A stretch of DNA of 64,000 bases from Patescibacteria group bacterium (GCA_040387635.1 JAZKDJ010000001.1:115851-179850); one strand, 5' to 3'; positions 10,429-20,154 are shown, numbered from the stretch's first letter. A program made the numbers and translations. The notes: generated by a model not told the origin, from the sequence alone.

Positions 10429-10823
10429 TGCCCGTAAAGAAAGCATCGAATTTCAGACTAGCAAATTCAACAAAAGCCAAGCTCCCTAGCTTGGCTTTTG
10501 CCGCGATGAAGGAAGCAGTGCTTGGCAAAGAATACGATCTCACACTACAAATCGTAAGTCTCGAAGAAATTCACATTCTCAACTGGCAATACAGGAAGAT
10601 CGACAAGCCGACTGATATCCTAAGCTTTCCCTACTCCAAAACTGAAGGAGAAATGTTTATTAATATTGAAGAAACTAAAAAAGAAGCCCTAAAATTCGGC
10701 CGTACATTTCCAAATTTTCTCGCTTTCCTATTTATCCACGGTTTGGTTCATTTGGCGGGACACGACCATAGTAGTACAATGGAGCGCATAGAAGCTCGTT
10801 TTCGCAAGCAGTTCAAAGTATAG
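10428..10823 (+). CDS. ybeY: rRNA maturation endoribonuclease YbeY
   Basis: 131-aa ORF; zinc motif HGLVHLAGHDH; TAATG overlap with rpsU. Confidence 0.9.
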   Translation: MPVKKASNFRLANSTKAKLPSLAFAAMKEAVLGKEYDLTLQIVSLEEIHILNWQYRKIDKPTDILSFPYSKTEGEMFINIEETKKEALKFGRTFPNFLAFLFIHGLVHLAGHDHSSTMERIEARFRKQFKV

Positions 10824-10853
10824 GCCTCAAGCTGCGGCCGAGCTCTTCACATT

Positions 10854-12029
10854 ATGGCAAGGCCAATCGTCACAGGAATAGATATCGGTACTTATGAAAT
10901 AAGGGTTGTCATTTGCGAACACGATGGGTTCGGCAGCCTTCATGTAATAGGAACAGGAACCGCGGAATCACGTGGTATACGACATGGCTATGTGACGCAT
11001 CCTAACGAAGTTAGCACCAGCATCGCACTCGCGGTAGCTCGAGCAGAAGAGAAAGCAAAAATAAAGATCAAGCGAGCATTCGTTGCTATTGGCGGAATTG
11101 GCCTAGGCAGCGTTGTTGTACAGAGCTCTGTCATTGTTTCTCGCGCTGACTCCGAAGTAACTCCCCTAGACCTTAAGAAAGTACACGAACAATGCGAGAA
11201 AGATATTCCTGGTGCTGCATCTCTCAATCGAAAAATACTTCACAGTGTTCCTTTGCATTACAAAGTCGACGGTAAAATCGTCCTCGGTAAGCCTGAAGGA
11301 ATGAAAGCACACAAGCTTGAAGTTAAGATGCTTTTTATTACATGCCTTGAGCACCATCTAAACGACGTATTGCAGGCAGTTGAAGAAAGCGGCGTTGCAG
11401 TAGAAGACGTGATGGCCTCACCTATCGCAGCAAGCCTCGTTGTTCTCTCTAAGTCTCAAAAGATTGCAGGCTGTATTCTTGCAAACATTGGAGCCGAGAC
11501 GGTTTCCATTGCAGTCTTCGAAAACAACATGCCTGTATCGCTCGAAGTTTTCCCAATCGGTTCAACGGACATTACGAACGACATTGCTCTTGGACTCAAG
11601 GTTCCTCTCGAAGAAGCTGAGCAGATCAAAATTGGTTCACTCACAGGAAACTCTTTCCCAAGAAGAAAGCTCGAAGAGATCATCGAGGCGCGTCTATCCG
11701 ATATATTCGAATTGATTGAAGCGCATCTTAAGAAAATTGGAAGGAACGGACTTCTTCCTGCTGGAATCATAATCACTGGAGGAGGATCCAATCTAAACGC
11801 TATCGAAGACATGGCGAAGATTGCCCTACGACTTCCTTCACGACGAGGCGCAATCATCATCAACCCTGGCGAACGCAGCACGTTCAAGGATTCTACATGG
11901 GCTGTAGCATTCGGTCTTTGTATCTTCGGAACACACGCCGACGAAGCTCCAGCGATCAACACTGGAATGCGAATCATACGCTCTACCAAGAATTCCGTCA
12001 TTGAATGGTTCAAACAATTCCTGCCTTAA
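10854..12029 (+). CDS. ftsA: cell division protein FtsA
   Basis: 391-aa actin-fold ORF (GIDIGTYEIRVV, IITGGGSNL), directly upstream of ftsZ. Confidence 0.92.
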   Translation: MARPIVTGIDIGTYEIRVVICEHDGFGSLHVIGTGTAESRGIRHGYVTHPNEVSTSIALAVARAEEKAKIKIKRAFVAIGGIGLGSVVVQSSVIVSRADSEVTPLDLKKVHEQCEKDIPGAASLNRKILHSVPLHYKVDGKIVLGKPEGMKAHKLEVKMLFITCLEHHLNDVLQAVEESGVAVEDVMASPIAASLVVLSKSQKIAGCILANIGAETVSIAVFENNMPVSLEVFPIGSTDITNDIALGLKVPLEEAEQIKIGSLTGNSFPRRKLEEIIEARLSDIFELIEAHLKKIGRNGLLPAGIIITGGGSNLNAIEDMAKIALRLPSRRGAIIINPGERSTFKDSTWAVAFGLCIFGTHADEAPAINTGMRIIRSTKNSVIEWFKQFLP

Positions 12030-12068
12030 TTTAAGCCCGCTTTACCCCTTGTTTTACCTCAGCTTTAA

Positions 12069-12095
12069 GCCTCAAGATTCGTCTTGAGGCCTTTT
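12069..12095 (+). terminator. intercistronic hairpin/terminator after ftsA
   Basis: GCCTCAAGA-ttcg-TCTTGAGGC followed by CTTTT. Confidence 0.6.
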
Positions 12096-12148
12096 AGGTT
12101 AGGCAACGAATTTTCATGGTTTTAGGCTTCACATTTATAGTTCTTTTC

Positions 12149-12157
12149 TGGTATGAT
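12149..12157 (+). promoter_or_regulatory. extended -10 box (TGGTATGAT) upstream of ftsZ
   Basis: TGnTATGAT match 30 nt upstream of the ftsZ ATG. Confidence 0.5.
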
Positions 12158-12187
12158 GTGTGAACTAACCCAGTTAGACCCAAACAC

Positions 12188-13438
12188 ATGCCCAACATTA
12201 CACCAGAAATAGAAGCATTCGCTCGCATCAAAGTACTCGGAATAGGAGGTTCCGGAGGCAACGCCATCAACCACATGATCAACTGTAAGGTCAAAGGGGT
12301 AGATTTTATCGGAATAAACACTGACTCTCAGGACCTACATCACTCTCTAGCAAAAAAAAGAATACACATCGGCAAAAGCCTCACTCGAGGTTTGGGTACA
12401 GGTATGAATCCTGAAATGGGACGACGGGCAGCTGAAGAGACTAAAGAAGACCTCCAGGAGGCTATCAAAGGGGCTGATATGGTGTTTGTGGCATGTGGAC
12501 TCGGAGGTGGTACAGGAAGCGGTGCCAGCCCTCTTGTAGCGCGTACAGCGAAAGAACTGGGAGCACTCACAGTTGGTGTTGTTACACGACCATTTTTCTT
12601 CGAAGGCCAGCAGCGATCAAAGATTGCTGAGGCCGCTTTAGAAGATCTCAAGAAAGAAGTTGATGCAATCATCGTTATCCCTAACGACCGACTCCTCTCA
12701 ACTATCGATAGAACAACCACAGTCAAGAATGCATTCGCTATGTGTGACGAGGTTCTCCGACAAGCAGTCGAAGGTATCTCAGATTTGATTACTACTCCAG
12801 GTATCATCAACATCGACTTCGCAGACATTCGAGCAGTTATGGAAAATGCCGGCTCAGCGCTCATGGGTATCGGAAGCGCGTCAGGTGAAAACCGAGCAAT
12901 TGAAGCAGCGAAGATGGCAATCAATTCCCCTCTCCTCGACCTTTCAATTACAGGCGCAAAGGGCGTGCTCTTCTCAGTAGCTGGAGGCGAAGATCTAACA
13001 ATGTTCGAAGTTCAGGACGCAGCCAAAGTCATTACAGAATCAATCGACCCACAGGCCAAGGTTATCTTCGGTACAGTTCGAGACGACAAGCTCAAGAAGA
13101 ACGAAGTACGCATCACAGTTATCGCTGCAGGCTTCCCTCAGGAACAGATCGACGCACAGCGATCACAGCCTCTTACCTTCCAAAACAATCCTTCAGAACC
13201 AAAGCAACCTGAGGAACGAAAGAAGCTTTTTGGTACTATCGGCCGAAGCGACAGAAACGAGCGAGTGCAGCCACAAGAAGCAGCGACTCACGCTTCCCAT
13301 CAGGCACCTGTCTCACCTCAGCCTCTCATGAAAGAACCTAAGGCTGAAGAAAAGAAAGAAATCCCTGTTGCCTCAAACGATGACGATGATGATTGGGGTG
13401 CAGTTCCAGCCTTCCTACGACGATCGAAGCTAAAATAA
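12188..13438 (+). CDS. ftsZ: cell division protein FtsZ
   Basis: 416-aa ORF; tubulin signature GGGTGSGA, disordered linker, C-terminal peptide DDDWGAVPAFLRR. Confidence 0.97.
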   Translation: MPNITPEIEAFARIKVLGIGGSGGNAINHMINCKVKGVDFIGINTDSQDLHHSLAKKRIHIGKSLTRGLGTGMNPEMGRRAAEETKEDLQEAIKGADMVFVACGLGGGTGSGASPLVARTAKELGALTVGVVTRPFFFEGQQRSKIAEAALEDLKKEVDAIIVIPNDRLLSTIDRTTTVKNAFAMCDEVLRQAVEGISDLITTPGIINIDFADIRAVMENAGSALMGIGSASGENRAIEAAKMAINSPLLDLSITGAKGVLFSVAGGEDLTMFEVQDAAKVITESIDPQAKVIFGTVRDDKLKKNEVRITVIAAGFPQEQIDAQRSQPLTFQNNPSEPKQPEERKKLFGTIGRSDRNERVQPQEAATHASHQAPVSPQPLMKEPKAEEKKEIPVASNDDDDDWGAVPAFLRRSKLK

Positions 13439-13454
13439 TTTAATTACAAACAAA

Positions 13455-13490
13455 AGAAAACAGCAGAGACCTCTCTGCTGTTTTTCGTTT
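13455..13490. terminator. bidirectional terminator (ftsZ / HD gene)
   Basis: CAGCAGAG-acct-CTCTGCTG stem with flanking A-run and T-run. Confidence 0.8.
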
Positions 13491-13500
13491 AAGCCAACCC

Positions 13501-14553
13501 TCACCAATCAAGGTCGAGGGCAGTCATGTCCACGTTTTTAAGAACTTCGCGCGGGGTTTTGAAAATAACCCCGCCCAAACCAGTAGCCATGATGTCACGC
13601 TTAGTAAGCGTTCGCTTCAGCGCCGCCAAGTCGTAAACTTCCTCATCCGTAAGGAGCGCTATTCCTAGTGCCGGTGGAATACATTTATTCCGTTCCAAAA
13701 CATCATAGATCGGATCAAGGTACTCAGACACGTTTTGTTCTGCGATTTTAACGTACTCGCGATACATGAGATTGCGAAACCGATCGAAATGAGCTGCAAT
13801 GAGAGAGGCTTTGAAAGAAACTCGCCTCTCATCACTCGATTCCTCGCACAATCCAACAATGGTACGAAATGTTCGTTCGCGATGATTGCGCCCGAACATG
13901 TCCGCAAGATCGTACAGCTCTGGATCGCACTCGAGTCTCAAGCGCTGGAAATCGTCGTAATCCGCAAAATTGTAAGTGATCTTATCTGTCCACCTTACAA
14001 CCCACGATTCTTGCGTCATTGTGCTGACAACATTTTTTCCGGAATGGCGAAACATTCCATCGAGGACGGCGTGGGTAAGGTTCAAGCCTTCACCATGTCG
14101 TTCGACGTGCTGTGCAACTATCACGCTCATTTTTTCGTGACTGAAGGTAGGACCAAGGCCCCTTACCCGAAGATACTTTTCGCCCTGATGTCCAAACGGC
14201 ACATGACCAATGTCGTGACCGGCGGCAATAGCAAGCGTCAAATAAGTATTAAGTCCCAGATGCTCTGCTATTCTCAGCGAATTACCCATGACTTCACATG
14301 TGTGAGAGTCGCGATCACGCACACGCGATATCAAAGGCGATGCGATCTGTTTTTTTCCAGCCATCCGTCTCCATGCCCTGGAGAGCATAATGGCTGAGAA
14401 ATCCCGCACAAACGGGTCTCCAATGGAGTGGAAATCCACCGGTCGCGAATGCCGACGGTGGCTCGTTTCAGTCCTGAGTTCCCTAAGGCATCCTTGAGTG
14501 GCCAGGAAGCACTTATGGAGCTCTTCCTCTGGCAATCTCTTCAATGGTTCCAT
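13501..14553 (-). CDS. dGTPase-like HD-domain phosphohydrolase
   Basis: 350-aa ORF; Dgt-family pattern (SRAWRRM..K.Q, DSHTCEVM, AAGHDIGHVPFGHQGE); G+C above flanks. Confidence 0.8.
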   Translation of the reverse strand: MEPLKRLPEEELHKCFLATQGCLRELRTETSHRRHSRPVDFHSIGDPFVRDFSAIMLSRAWRRMAGKKQIASPLISRVRDRDSHTCEVMGNSLRIAEHLGLNTYLTLAIAAGHDIGHVPFGHQGEKYLRVRGLGPTFSHEKMSVIVAQHVERHGEGLNLTHAVLDGMFRHSGKNVVSTMTQESWVVRWTDKITYNFADYDDFQRLRLECDPELYDLADMFGRNHRERTFRTIVGLCEESSDERRVSFKASLIAAHFDRFRNLMYREYVKIAEQNVSEYLDPIYDVLERNKCIPPALGIALLTDEEVYDLAALKRTLTKRDIMATGLGGVIFKTPREVLKNVDMTALDLDW

Positions 14554-14659
14554 ACCGGATCTATTAAATGCTTTCTGAAGCCACTATAAACATAATTTCT
14601 TCAAACATCAATGATGCCGGGCTATGAGCTTCATGATATGATATGAGTCACCATTTATT

Positions 14660-15598
14660 TTGCAAAGCATGAGCCAAACATACGATCTCGCAATCATCGG
14701 AGGAGGACCTGCAGGAGTAGCAGCAGGAGTGTACGCATCACGAAAGCGTCTGAAGACAATTTTCATTACAAAGGATTTCAATGGCCAAAGCTCAGTATCT
14801 GACGGCATTGAAAACTGGATTGGTACTGTGAAGATCTCAGGCAACGATCTCTCAAAGGCTCTCAAAGCCCATCTTCACGCATACGCCCAAGACATCATTG
14901 ATCTCCACGAAGGAGAAGGATGCGAGAGCGTTACCAAGAAGGACGATATCTTCGTTATAAAGACCAACAAAGGCTCATATGAGGCCAAAGCAGTACTCGT
15001 AACCACAGGCAGCAACAGGAAGCGTTTAAACGTTCCTGGAGCCGATCAATTCGAACATAAGGGTCTTACTTACTGTGCAACCTGCGATGGACCAATATTT
15101 GCAGATCAGGATGCAGTTGTTATCGGCGGAGGAAACGCCGCATTCGAAAGTGCTGCTCAGCTTCTTGCGTATTGCAAAAGCGTTACCCTTCTCAACCGCA
15201 GCGGTGAATACCGAGCCGATCCAGTAACCGTCAAAAGAGTGCTGGCTCATCCAAAGATGAAAGCCATCATCAATGCAGTTCCCAAAGAAGTTAAGGGCGA
15301 CAAATTTGTTTCTTCTATTATCTACACAGATACAAAAACTGGTACAGATATCGAACTTAAAGCGTCTGGTATTTTTGTTGAAATTGGTTCAACCCCTACA
15401 ACGTTCTTCGTAAAAGACATCGTCGAACTCAACTCAAATGGCAACGTTGTAACAGATCCAAGAACACAGAGAACTTCCACTCTCGGTATCTGGGCAGCTG
15501 GTGATTGCACAGACGGACTCTACCATCAAAACAACATTGCTGCAGGAGACGCAGTAAAGGCTCTCGAGGACATCTATATGTACCTTCATACGCAGTAA
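14660..15598 (+). CDS. trxB: thioredoxin-disulfide reductase
   Basis: 312-aa ORF; FAD motif IIGGGPAGVAAG, redox-active CATCDG, NADPH motif VIGGGNAA. Confidence 0.9.
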   Translation: MQSMSQTYDLAIIGGGPAGVAAGVYASRKRLKTIFITKDFNGQSSVSDGIENWIGTVKISGNDLSKALKAHLHAYAQDIIDLHEGEGCESVTKKDDIFVIKTNKGSYEAKAVLVTTGSNRKRLNVPGADQFEHKGLTYCATCDGPIFADQDAVVIGGGNAAFESAAQLLAYCKSVTLLNRSGEYRADPVTVKRVLAHPKMKAIINAVPKEVKGDKFVSSIIYTDTKTGTDIELKASGIFVEIGSTPTTFFVKDIVELNSNGNVVTDPRTQRTSTLGIWAAGDCTDGLYHQNNIAAGDAVKALEDIYMYLHTQ

Positions 15599-15602
15599 AA
15601 AC

Positions 15603-15633
15603 AAAAAAACCGATCACTAGGATCGGTTTTTTT
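15603..15633. terminator. bidirectional terminator (trxB / nucleotidyltransferase)
   Basis: CCGATC-actag-GATCGG stem with an A7 run and a T7 run. Confidence 0.85.
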
Positions 15634-15634
15634 G

Positions 15635-16420
15635 TTATCTTACAAACATATTCTCAACGACAATCAATTGCTCTGGGCTGTTAACTCCCAATGCTTCCTT
15701 AGGAGGAATATCTACAGCAACAATTGGATGACCTTCCTCGAATGCGATACCTACGATGTCTGTGAGATAGTATTCTCCTTGGACATTGTTAGTCGTTACC
15801 TTATCAAGACTGTTCCAAAGCCAATCCGCATCAACGCAATAATACGCAACATTCACTTCTCTGATTCCTTCTCTCTGATCATCTGTAGCGTCTTTCTTTT
15901 CGATAATACCTACAACATTTCCCTTTTCGTTTCTTACAATCCTACCGAAATCATAGAATGGTTTCTGCCATCCATCATATGCATCAACAATAGTTGTAGC
16001 GATGGTGATCGGGCTGTCATGGTTCTCATGAGCCTCAAATATTTTCTGCAGTGTATCTGTTTTTACAAGAGGTTGATCACCGTAGAGAATGAGAATGGAG
16101 CCTTTCTCTCGAAGAGCTTCCCTGCGAGCACTCATAACTGCGTGACCGGTTCCTTTCTGTTCTAGTTGATGAGAGAATCTTGAGTGATTGCTGAGTCTGT
16201 CTTTGACCTGATCTCCCTTGTAGCCAACAACGATAATCGGTTCGGATTCTAGTCCGAGCTTGTTTACCTGCTCAACCACGTGTGTAATGAGAGGACGTCC
16301 AGCGACTTCGGTAAGCACCTTCGGGAATTCTGTTTTCATTCTAGTTCCCTTACCTCCTGCCAAAATGATCACCTCACGGCGACCCCCTCCATTTCCTTTT
16401 TTGTTATGTTCCTGAGCCAT
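15635..16420 (-). CDS. sugar-1-phosphate nucleotidyltransferase (GlmU N-terminal domain type, no acetyltransferase domain)
   Basis: 261-aa ORF; ILAGGKGTRM, GTGHAV and YGDQPL motifs; ends before any left-handed beta-helix domain. Confidence 0.8.
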   Translation of the reverse strand: MAQEHNKKGNGGGRREVIILAGGKGTRMKTEFPKVLTEVAGRPLITHVVEQVNKLGLESEPIIVVGYKGDQVKDRLSNHSRFSHQLEQKGTGHAVMSARREALREKGSILILYGDQPLVKTDTLQKIFEAHENHDSPITIATTIVDAYDGWQKPFYDFGRIVRNEKGNVVGIIEKKDATDDQREGIREVNVAYYCVDADWLWNSLDKVTTNNVQGEYYLTDIVGIAFEEGHPIVAVDIPPKEALGVNSPEQLIVVENMFVR

Positions 16421-16488
16421 ATCCGAAGATATATTAATAGAAATATTAAATAATCAGACTTGTATAATAGCAATATTTTGAAAACGTG

Positions 16489-17079
16489 CTAGTGCCTTTT
16501 GCCGTCGCACGTGGCCGGGTTCCAAAGGCCCTTATTCGCGATCTGCGCGCTTACCTGAGCCATCCTAAATTCTTCCTGGCGACCATATGGCTTCTCATAG
16601 GTATACTCGTAAGCATAGCCTTCGAGAATGAGAATTTTGTTAACGTCCACTCCCTCCTCAGTACTTACATACGCGAGGAGACGATCGTATCTATCAACTT
16701 TTGACTGTGTTGGATCAAATTCGAGCTTCACACTCTTACCAGTGAGGATGCTCTTAGCGAAATCAGACGCCTCTCTGCCGAAGCATTCCACTTCCCTGCG
16801 TGGATCAACTGTCTCAGGAGTATTCACACCAATGAGACGCACTGTAGCTACAGCTCCATCTACTTCGATCGATACTGTATCGCCATCAACAACCTTATAG
16901 ACCTTATAAAACTGATCCTGATTGATGGAATCCAGCGCACTTGCCCCAAGATTTTCTTTGGTTGGTTTCTTGTCTGTATTGAAAAAAGTTCCGCTATCGC
17001 CATAAAAAACGAAGCCTGCCAGAGCAACAAGCAGCGTAACTCCTGTCCTTATCAAAATTTTCTTTTGCTTCGATGTCAT
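16489..17079 (-). CDS. membrane-anchored thermonuclease (SNase family)
   Basis: 196-aa ORF; N-terminal TM anchor; SNase core VVDGDT..VRLIGVNTPE..DRYDRLLAYV; TGCTATACT 10 nt upstream of ATG. Confidence 0.85.
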   Translation of the reverse strand: MTSKQKKILIRTGVTLLVALAGFVFYGDSGTFFNTDKKPTKENLGASALDSINQDQFYKVYKVVDGDTVSIEVDGAVATVRLIGVNTPETVDPRREVECFGREASDFAKSILTGKSVKLEFDPTQSKVDRYDRLLAYVSTEEGVDVNKILILEGYAYEYTYEKPYGRQEEFRMAQVSAQIANKGLWNPATCDGKRH

Positions 17080-17193
17080 TTCAAAGTTTAGTATAGCAGA
17101 CTGAGATAAAGTTTTAATAAAAATCCATCAAGCATTGTATATATCCAAATCTATGTTAACTTTGATTCAGAAACAATCCGAAGAAGATGTCTT

Positions 17194-17424
17194 ATGTCTC
17201 CTGAAGAAATTGAAAAACGACGGCGACGGCTCAAAGCCTCGCATGCCCGTCTCAAGAGAATGCACGCACGTTGGCCGAAGCACCCTTCCAGCATGAGATT
17301 TTCGCGTCTAGCCACTGAGCGTCAGCTTCTCTGGAATCTGGCGGGTACAATCTACACAAGCGAATTCACCATACAATGGCGGGATGCTGTGAACGCCGAA
17401 TATTCAGCACGAATGGCATACTGA
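17194..17424 (+). CDS. hypothetical basic protein (G+C-rich orphan)
   Basis: 76-aa ORF; 38/60 G+C in line 17221-17280; followed by a strong terminator; no family recognised. Confidence 0.3.
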   Translation: MSPEEIEKRRRRLKASHARLKRMHARWPKHPSSMRFSRLATERQLLWNLAGTIYTSEFTIQWRDAVNAEYSARMAY

Positions 17425-17443
17425 GGTGAACACCCTCGCATGC

Positions 17444-17481
17444 AAAAAGTGCAGACCTAGCGGAAGGTCTGCACTTTTTTA
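17444..17481. terminator. bidirectional terminator (orphan ORF / pilin)
   Basis: GTGCAGACCT-agcgga-AGGTCTGCAC with A5 and T6 flanks. Confidence 0.85.
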
Positions 17482-17501
17482 TTATCCTATCTTCTAGTGA
17501 A

Positions 17502-18077
17502 TTAATGATCACTAGCTGCCGTTGGTGGAAGCACAAAATCTGTACAGAGGTTATAGACTATATCAGTATACGCATGAGAAACTTGATTGGTCTTCTTCTC
17601 GCAAGAATTCCTATGTCCAGGCAGTTCATAATTGTAGGTAAGGTCATAATCTGACCCTGTTGAAGATACGGCGTATGTATAGACGTGAGCGGTAGGTGAC
17701 ATCCCAAAGATGAAGTCATACGTGCTCTGTAGTGTGGGAGTATTGAGCGGATCAACAGGAAGACGAGCAATATATTTTGGAACTAAAGCACTAAAAAAAG
17801 GATTGGCTGTATTCCATGTCGGATTTCCCAGCTCGTCATGCCCTGAGTTTATTATAAAATCAGTAGTACCTGGATATTTTCCATTGTTATCTGAGGCATA
17901 CGATGCAAGTGCGTTTCGTAATTGCGTAATATCCTGCTGACGCTTAGCGTCTCGGGACTTCATTCTGGATTTACCTGTACTCGTAAGTACTACGCTCGAT
18001 AACAATGAAATGATGGCGATTACAACGAGCAACTCGATGAGAGTGAATCCTGATTTTTTGTTTGAATAAAATTTCAT
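17502..18077 (-). CDS. type IV pilin-like protein (prepilin N-terminal cleavage/methylation domain)
   Basis: 191-aa ORF; leader MKFYSNKKSG then FTLIELLVVIAIISLL class III signal. Confidence 0.85.
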   Translation of the reverse strand: MKFYSNKKSGFTLIELLVVIAIISLLSSVVLTSTGKSRMKSRDAKRQQDITQLRNALASYASDNNGKYPGTTDFIINSGHDELGNPTWNTANPFFSALVPKYIARLPVDPLNTPTLQSTYDFIFGMSPTAHVYTYAVSSTGSDYDLTYNYELPGHRNSCEKKTNQVSHAYTDIVYNLCTDFVLPPTAASDH

Positions 18078-18098
18078 AAAATAAAGTTAATACGCTGA

Positions 18099-18431
18099 CT
18101 ATTTCTCAAAACTAGAAATGATTTTATTTCTAAGTTCAGTAGACATGCTCTTTGGTATCTTTTTCTCTGCCTGCTCACGTGTAAGAGGCCTATCTGAAAA
18201 TGAGCCTTTAAAGAAAGATGAGTACACAAGCCATCCTGATATGACAATACAGATCAGCGCTACACCTACCAAATAGTGCCCTGCCGTCTTCTCATCCTTG
18301 GCTATGCCCTTGCGAGCAAGCCATGCTACAACCCCAGGTGTTACTGGAGCCCCTAATATTTGCTTAGACTTATACGATCCGTATCTACTCTGTCCGCTAT
18401 CCTCATCGAACTGTACAGGTTGTGGAGGCAT
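18099..18431 (-). CDS. hypothetical membrane protein
   Basis: 110-aa ORF with one TM helix (YLVGVALICIVISGWLVYSSFF); co-oriented upstream of the pilin. Confidence 0.5.
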   Translation of the reverse strand: MPPQPVQFDEDSGQSRYGSYKSKQILGAPVTPGVVAWLARKGIAKDEKTAGHYLVGVALICIVISGWLVYSSFFKGSFSDRPLTREQAEKKIPKSMSTELRNKIISSFEK

Positions 18432-18515
18432 TTGAAATATCGATATTTAAGTAAACTTAATTACCCATTGATTATATACCAGAAAACAGCCCTAAAAGTA
18501 TGGGTGTGTATAAGA

Positions 18516-20033
18516 CTACAGCTTATAAATCTCAGTATACTTTTCTTCTAGATACTCAGTAAAATACTTACTGTTAAGTTCTTCACCTGTCACCTTTTTG
18601 GCTAGATTCTTTGCGGTGTGAGTTTTTCCTGTGGCGTGAATGTTCTTTCGAAGCCATTCTCTGACTTCTGTAAACTGTCCTTTCTCTATTTTCTTAGAAA
18701 TGTCAGGAATGTCCTTTTCCATCGCATGATAAAATTGCGCTGAATATAGATTGCCGAACGTATATGTAGGAAAATATCCAATACCTCCAAATGACCAATG
18801 AACATCCTGGAGTACTCCTTGTGAATCAGTTGCGGGCTCTATTCCGAAATATTCCTTCATCTTTAGATTCCAAATCTTTGGAAGGTCCTTTAAATCAATC
18901 GTACCTTCCATCATTCCCTTTTCGATTTCAAAACGAAGAATGATATGCAAGTTATAGGTAACTTCGTCAGATTCAGTTCTTATAAAAGACGGACGCACAT
19001 TATTGAGTGTTTTGTAGAAGTCCTCGATAGCAATCTTTGAAAAAGGTTGAGGAAATTCTTTCTTGAGCAATGGATAAAAATGCTTCCAGAACGGTAAGCT
19101 TTTTCCCACCATGTTTTCCCATAGCCTTGATTGCGACTCGTGAATACCAAGAGATACTGATTCAGCGAGCGGCGTACCAAAATGCTCCACAGGTAATCCT
19201 TGTTCATACAATGCGTGCCCTGCTTCGTGTATTGTAGATGAAATCGAATAGAAAATATCGGTCGTTGAATATCGACTCGTTATGCGAACATCGTGAGGAT
19301 GAAGTCCTGTAGCAAATGGGTGTGTGGAAACATCAATTCTACCTGCTTGAAAATCGAAACCAATTTTCTCCAATAACTTCTTATTAAAATCGATTTGCTT
19401 GTCGATTGGAAATTTTCCATTGAAAGCCTTCGTTGGTATCTTCTGCCCTGATTCCTTTATGCGTTTCAAGAATGGCACCAAAAACAATTTCAGATCATTC
19501 AAAATCTTCGATGCCTCGGCCGTAGTCATACCTGCTTCGTATTGGTCAATCAACGCATCATAAGGAGATTCTTTGTATCCTACGTAGACAGCTTCTTTTC
19601 TTTTTAGATTTACAATCTTAGTAAGCCATGGAAGAAAAAGCTTGAAATCATTATTCTTTCGAGCCTGTGCCCAAGTAATCTGGGCCTTAGAACCTATTTC
19701 AGCCATTTCTCGCACGAATGCTTCAGGAAGCTTTCTCTCCCTATCATATTGTCTCCATGTCTCATTTACGATAACAGCATCCTTCCCTTTGATATTACCT
19801 CCGTCAGTTTCTTTTTTGAGCTTTGAAAGCAACCCGTCGGTATCGAGGCCTAGTAATTTCGAATGGATAATAGCACTCAATTCAGAAATTGATGCTGCTC
19901 GATAATCGGAAGCCTTCGGAGGAAGGTTTGTTTCCTGATCCCAACCCAAAAGACCATTAATTGACGCAAGATGAGATATCTCGAGCAATCGCTTCTTGAG
20001 CTCTTTGATGGGAGTAATCTTTGTAACCTTCAC
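18516..20033 (-). CDS. M32 family (Taq-type) carboxypeptidase
   Basis: 505-aa ORF; zinc motif HEAGHALYEQG and M32-wide collinearity; GTG start 4 nt after tRNA-Glu. Confidence 0.9.
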   Translation of the reverse strand: MKVTKITPIKELKKRLLEISHLASINGLLGWDQETNLPPKASDYRAASISELSAIIHSKLLGLDTDGLLSKLKKETDGGNIKGKDAVIVNETWRQYDRERKLPEAFVREMAEIGSKAQITWAQARKNNDFKLFLPWLTKIVNLKRKEAVYVGYKESPYDALIDQYEAGMTTAEASKILNDLKLFLVPFLKRIKESGQKIPTKAFNGKFPIDKQIDFNKKLLEKIGFDFQAGRIDVSTHPFATGLHPHDVRITSRYSTTDIFYSISSTIHEAGHALYEQGLPVEHFGTPLAESVSLGIHESQSRLWENMVGKSLPFWKHFYPLLKKEFPQPFSKIAIEDFYKTLNNVRPSFIRTESDEVTYNLHIILRFEIEKGMMEGTIDLKDLPKIWNLKMKEYFGIEPATDSQGVLQDVHWSFGGIGYFPTYTFGNLYSAQFYHAMEKDIPDISKKIEKGQFTEVREWLRKNIHATGKTHTAKNLAKKVTGEELNSKYFTEYLEEKYTEIYKL

Positions 20034-20037
20034 GTTG

Positions 20038-20109
20038 TGACCCTACAGGGAATCGAACCCTGGTTTGAAGCTTGAAAAGCTTCCGTCCTAGCCGTTAGAC
20101 GATAGGGCC
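20038..20109 (-). tRNA. tRNA-Glu (anticodon UUC), no encoded CCA
   Basis: hand-folded cloverleaf: acceptor GGCCCTA/TAGGGTC, anticodon arm GAAGC-TTTTCAA-GCTTC, T arm CAGGG-TTCGATT-CCCTG. Confidence 0.92.
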
Positions 20110-20154
20110 GGCTGACTGGTTCACATAGATTAACATGCGAACCAAGTGCCGAAT

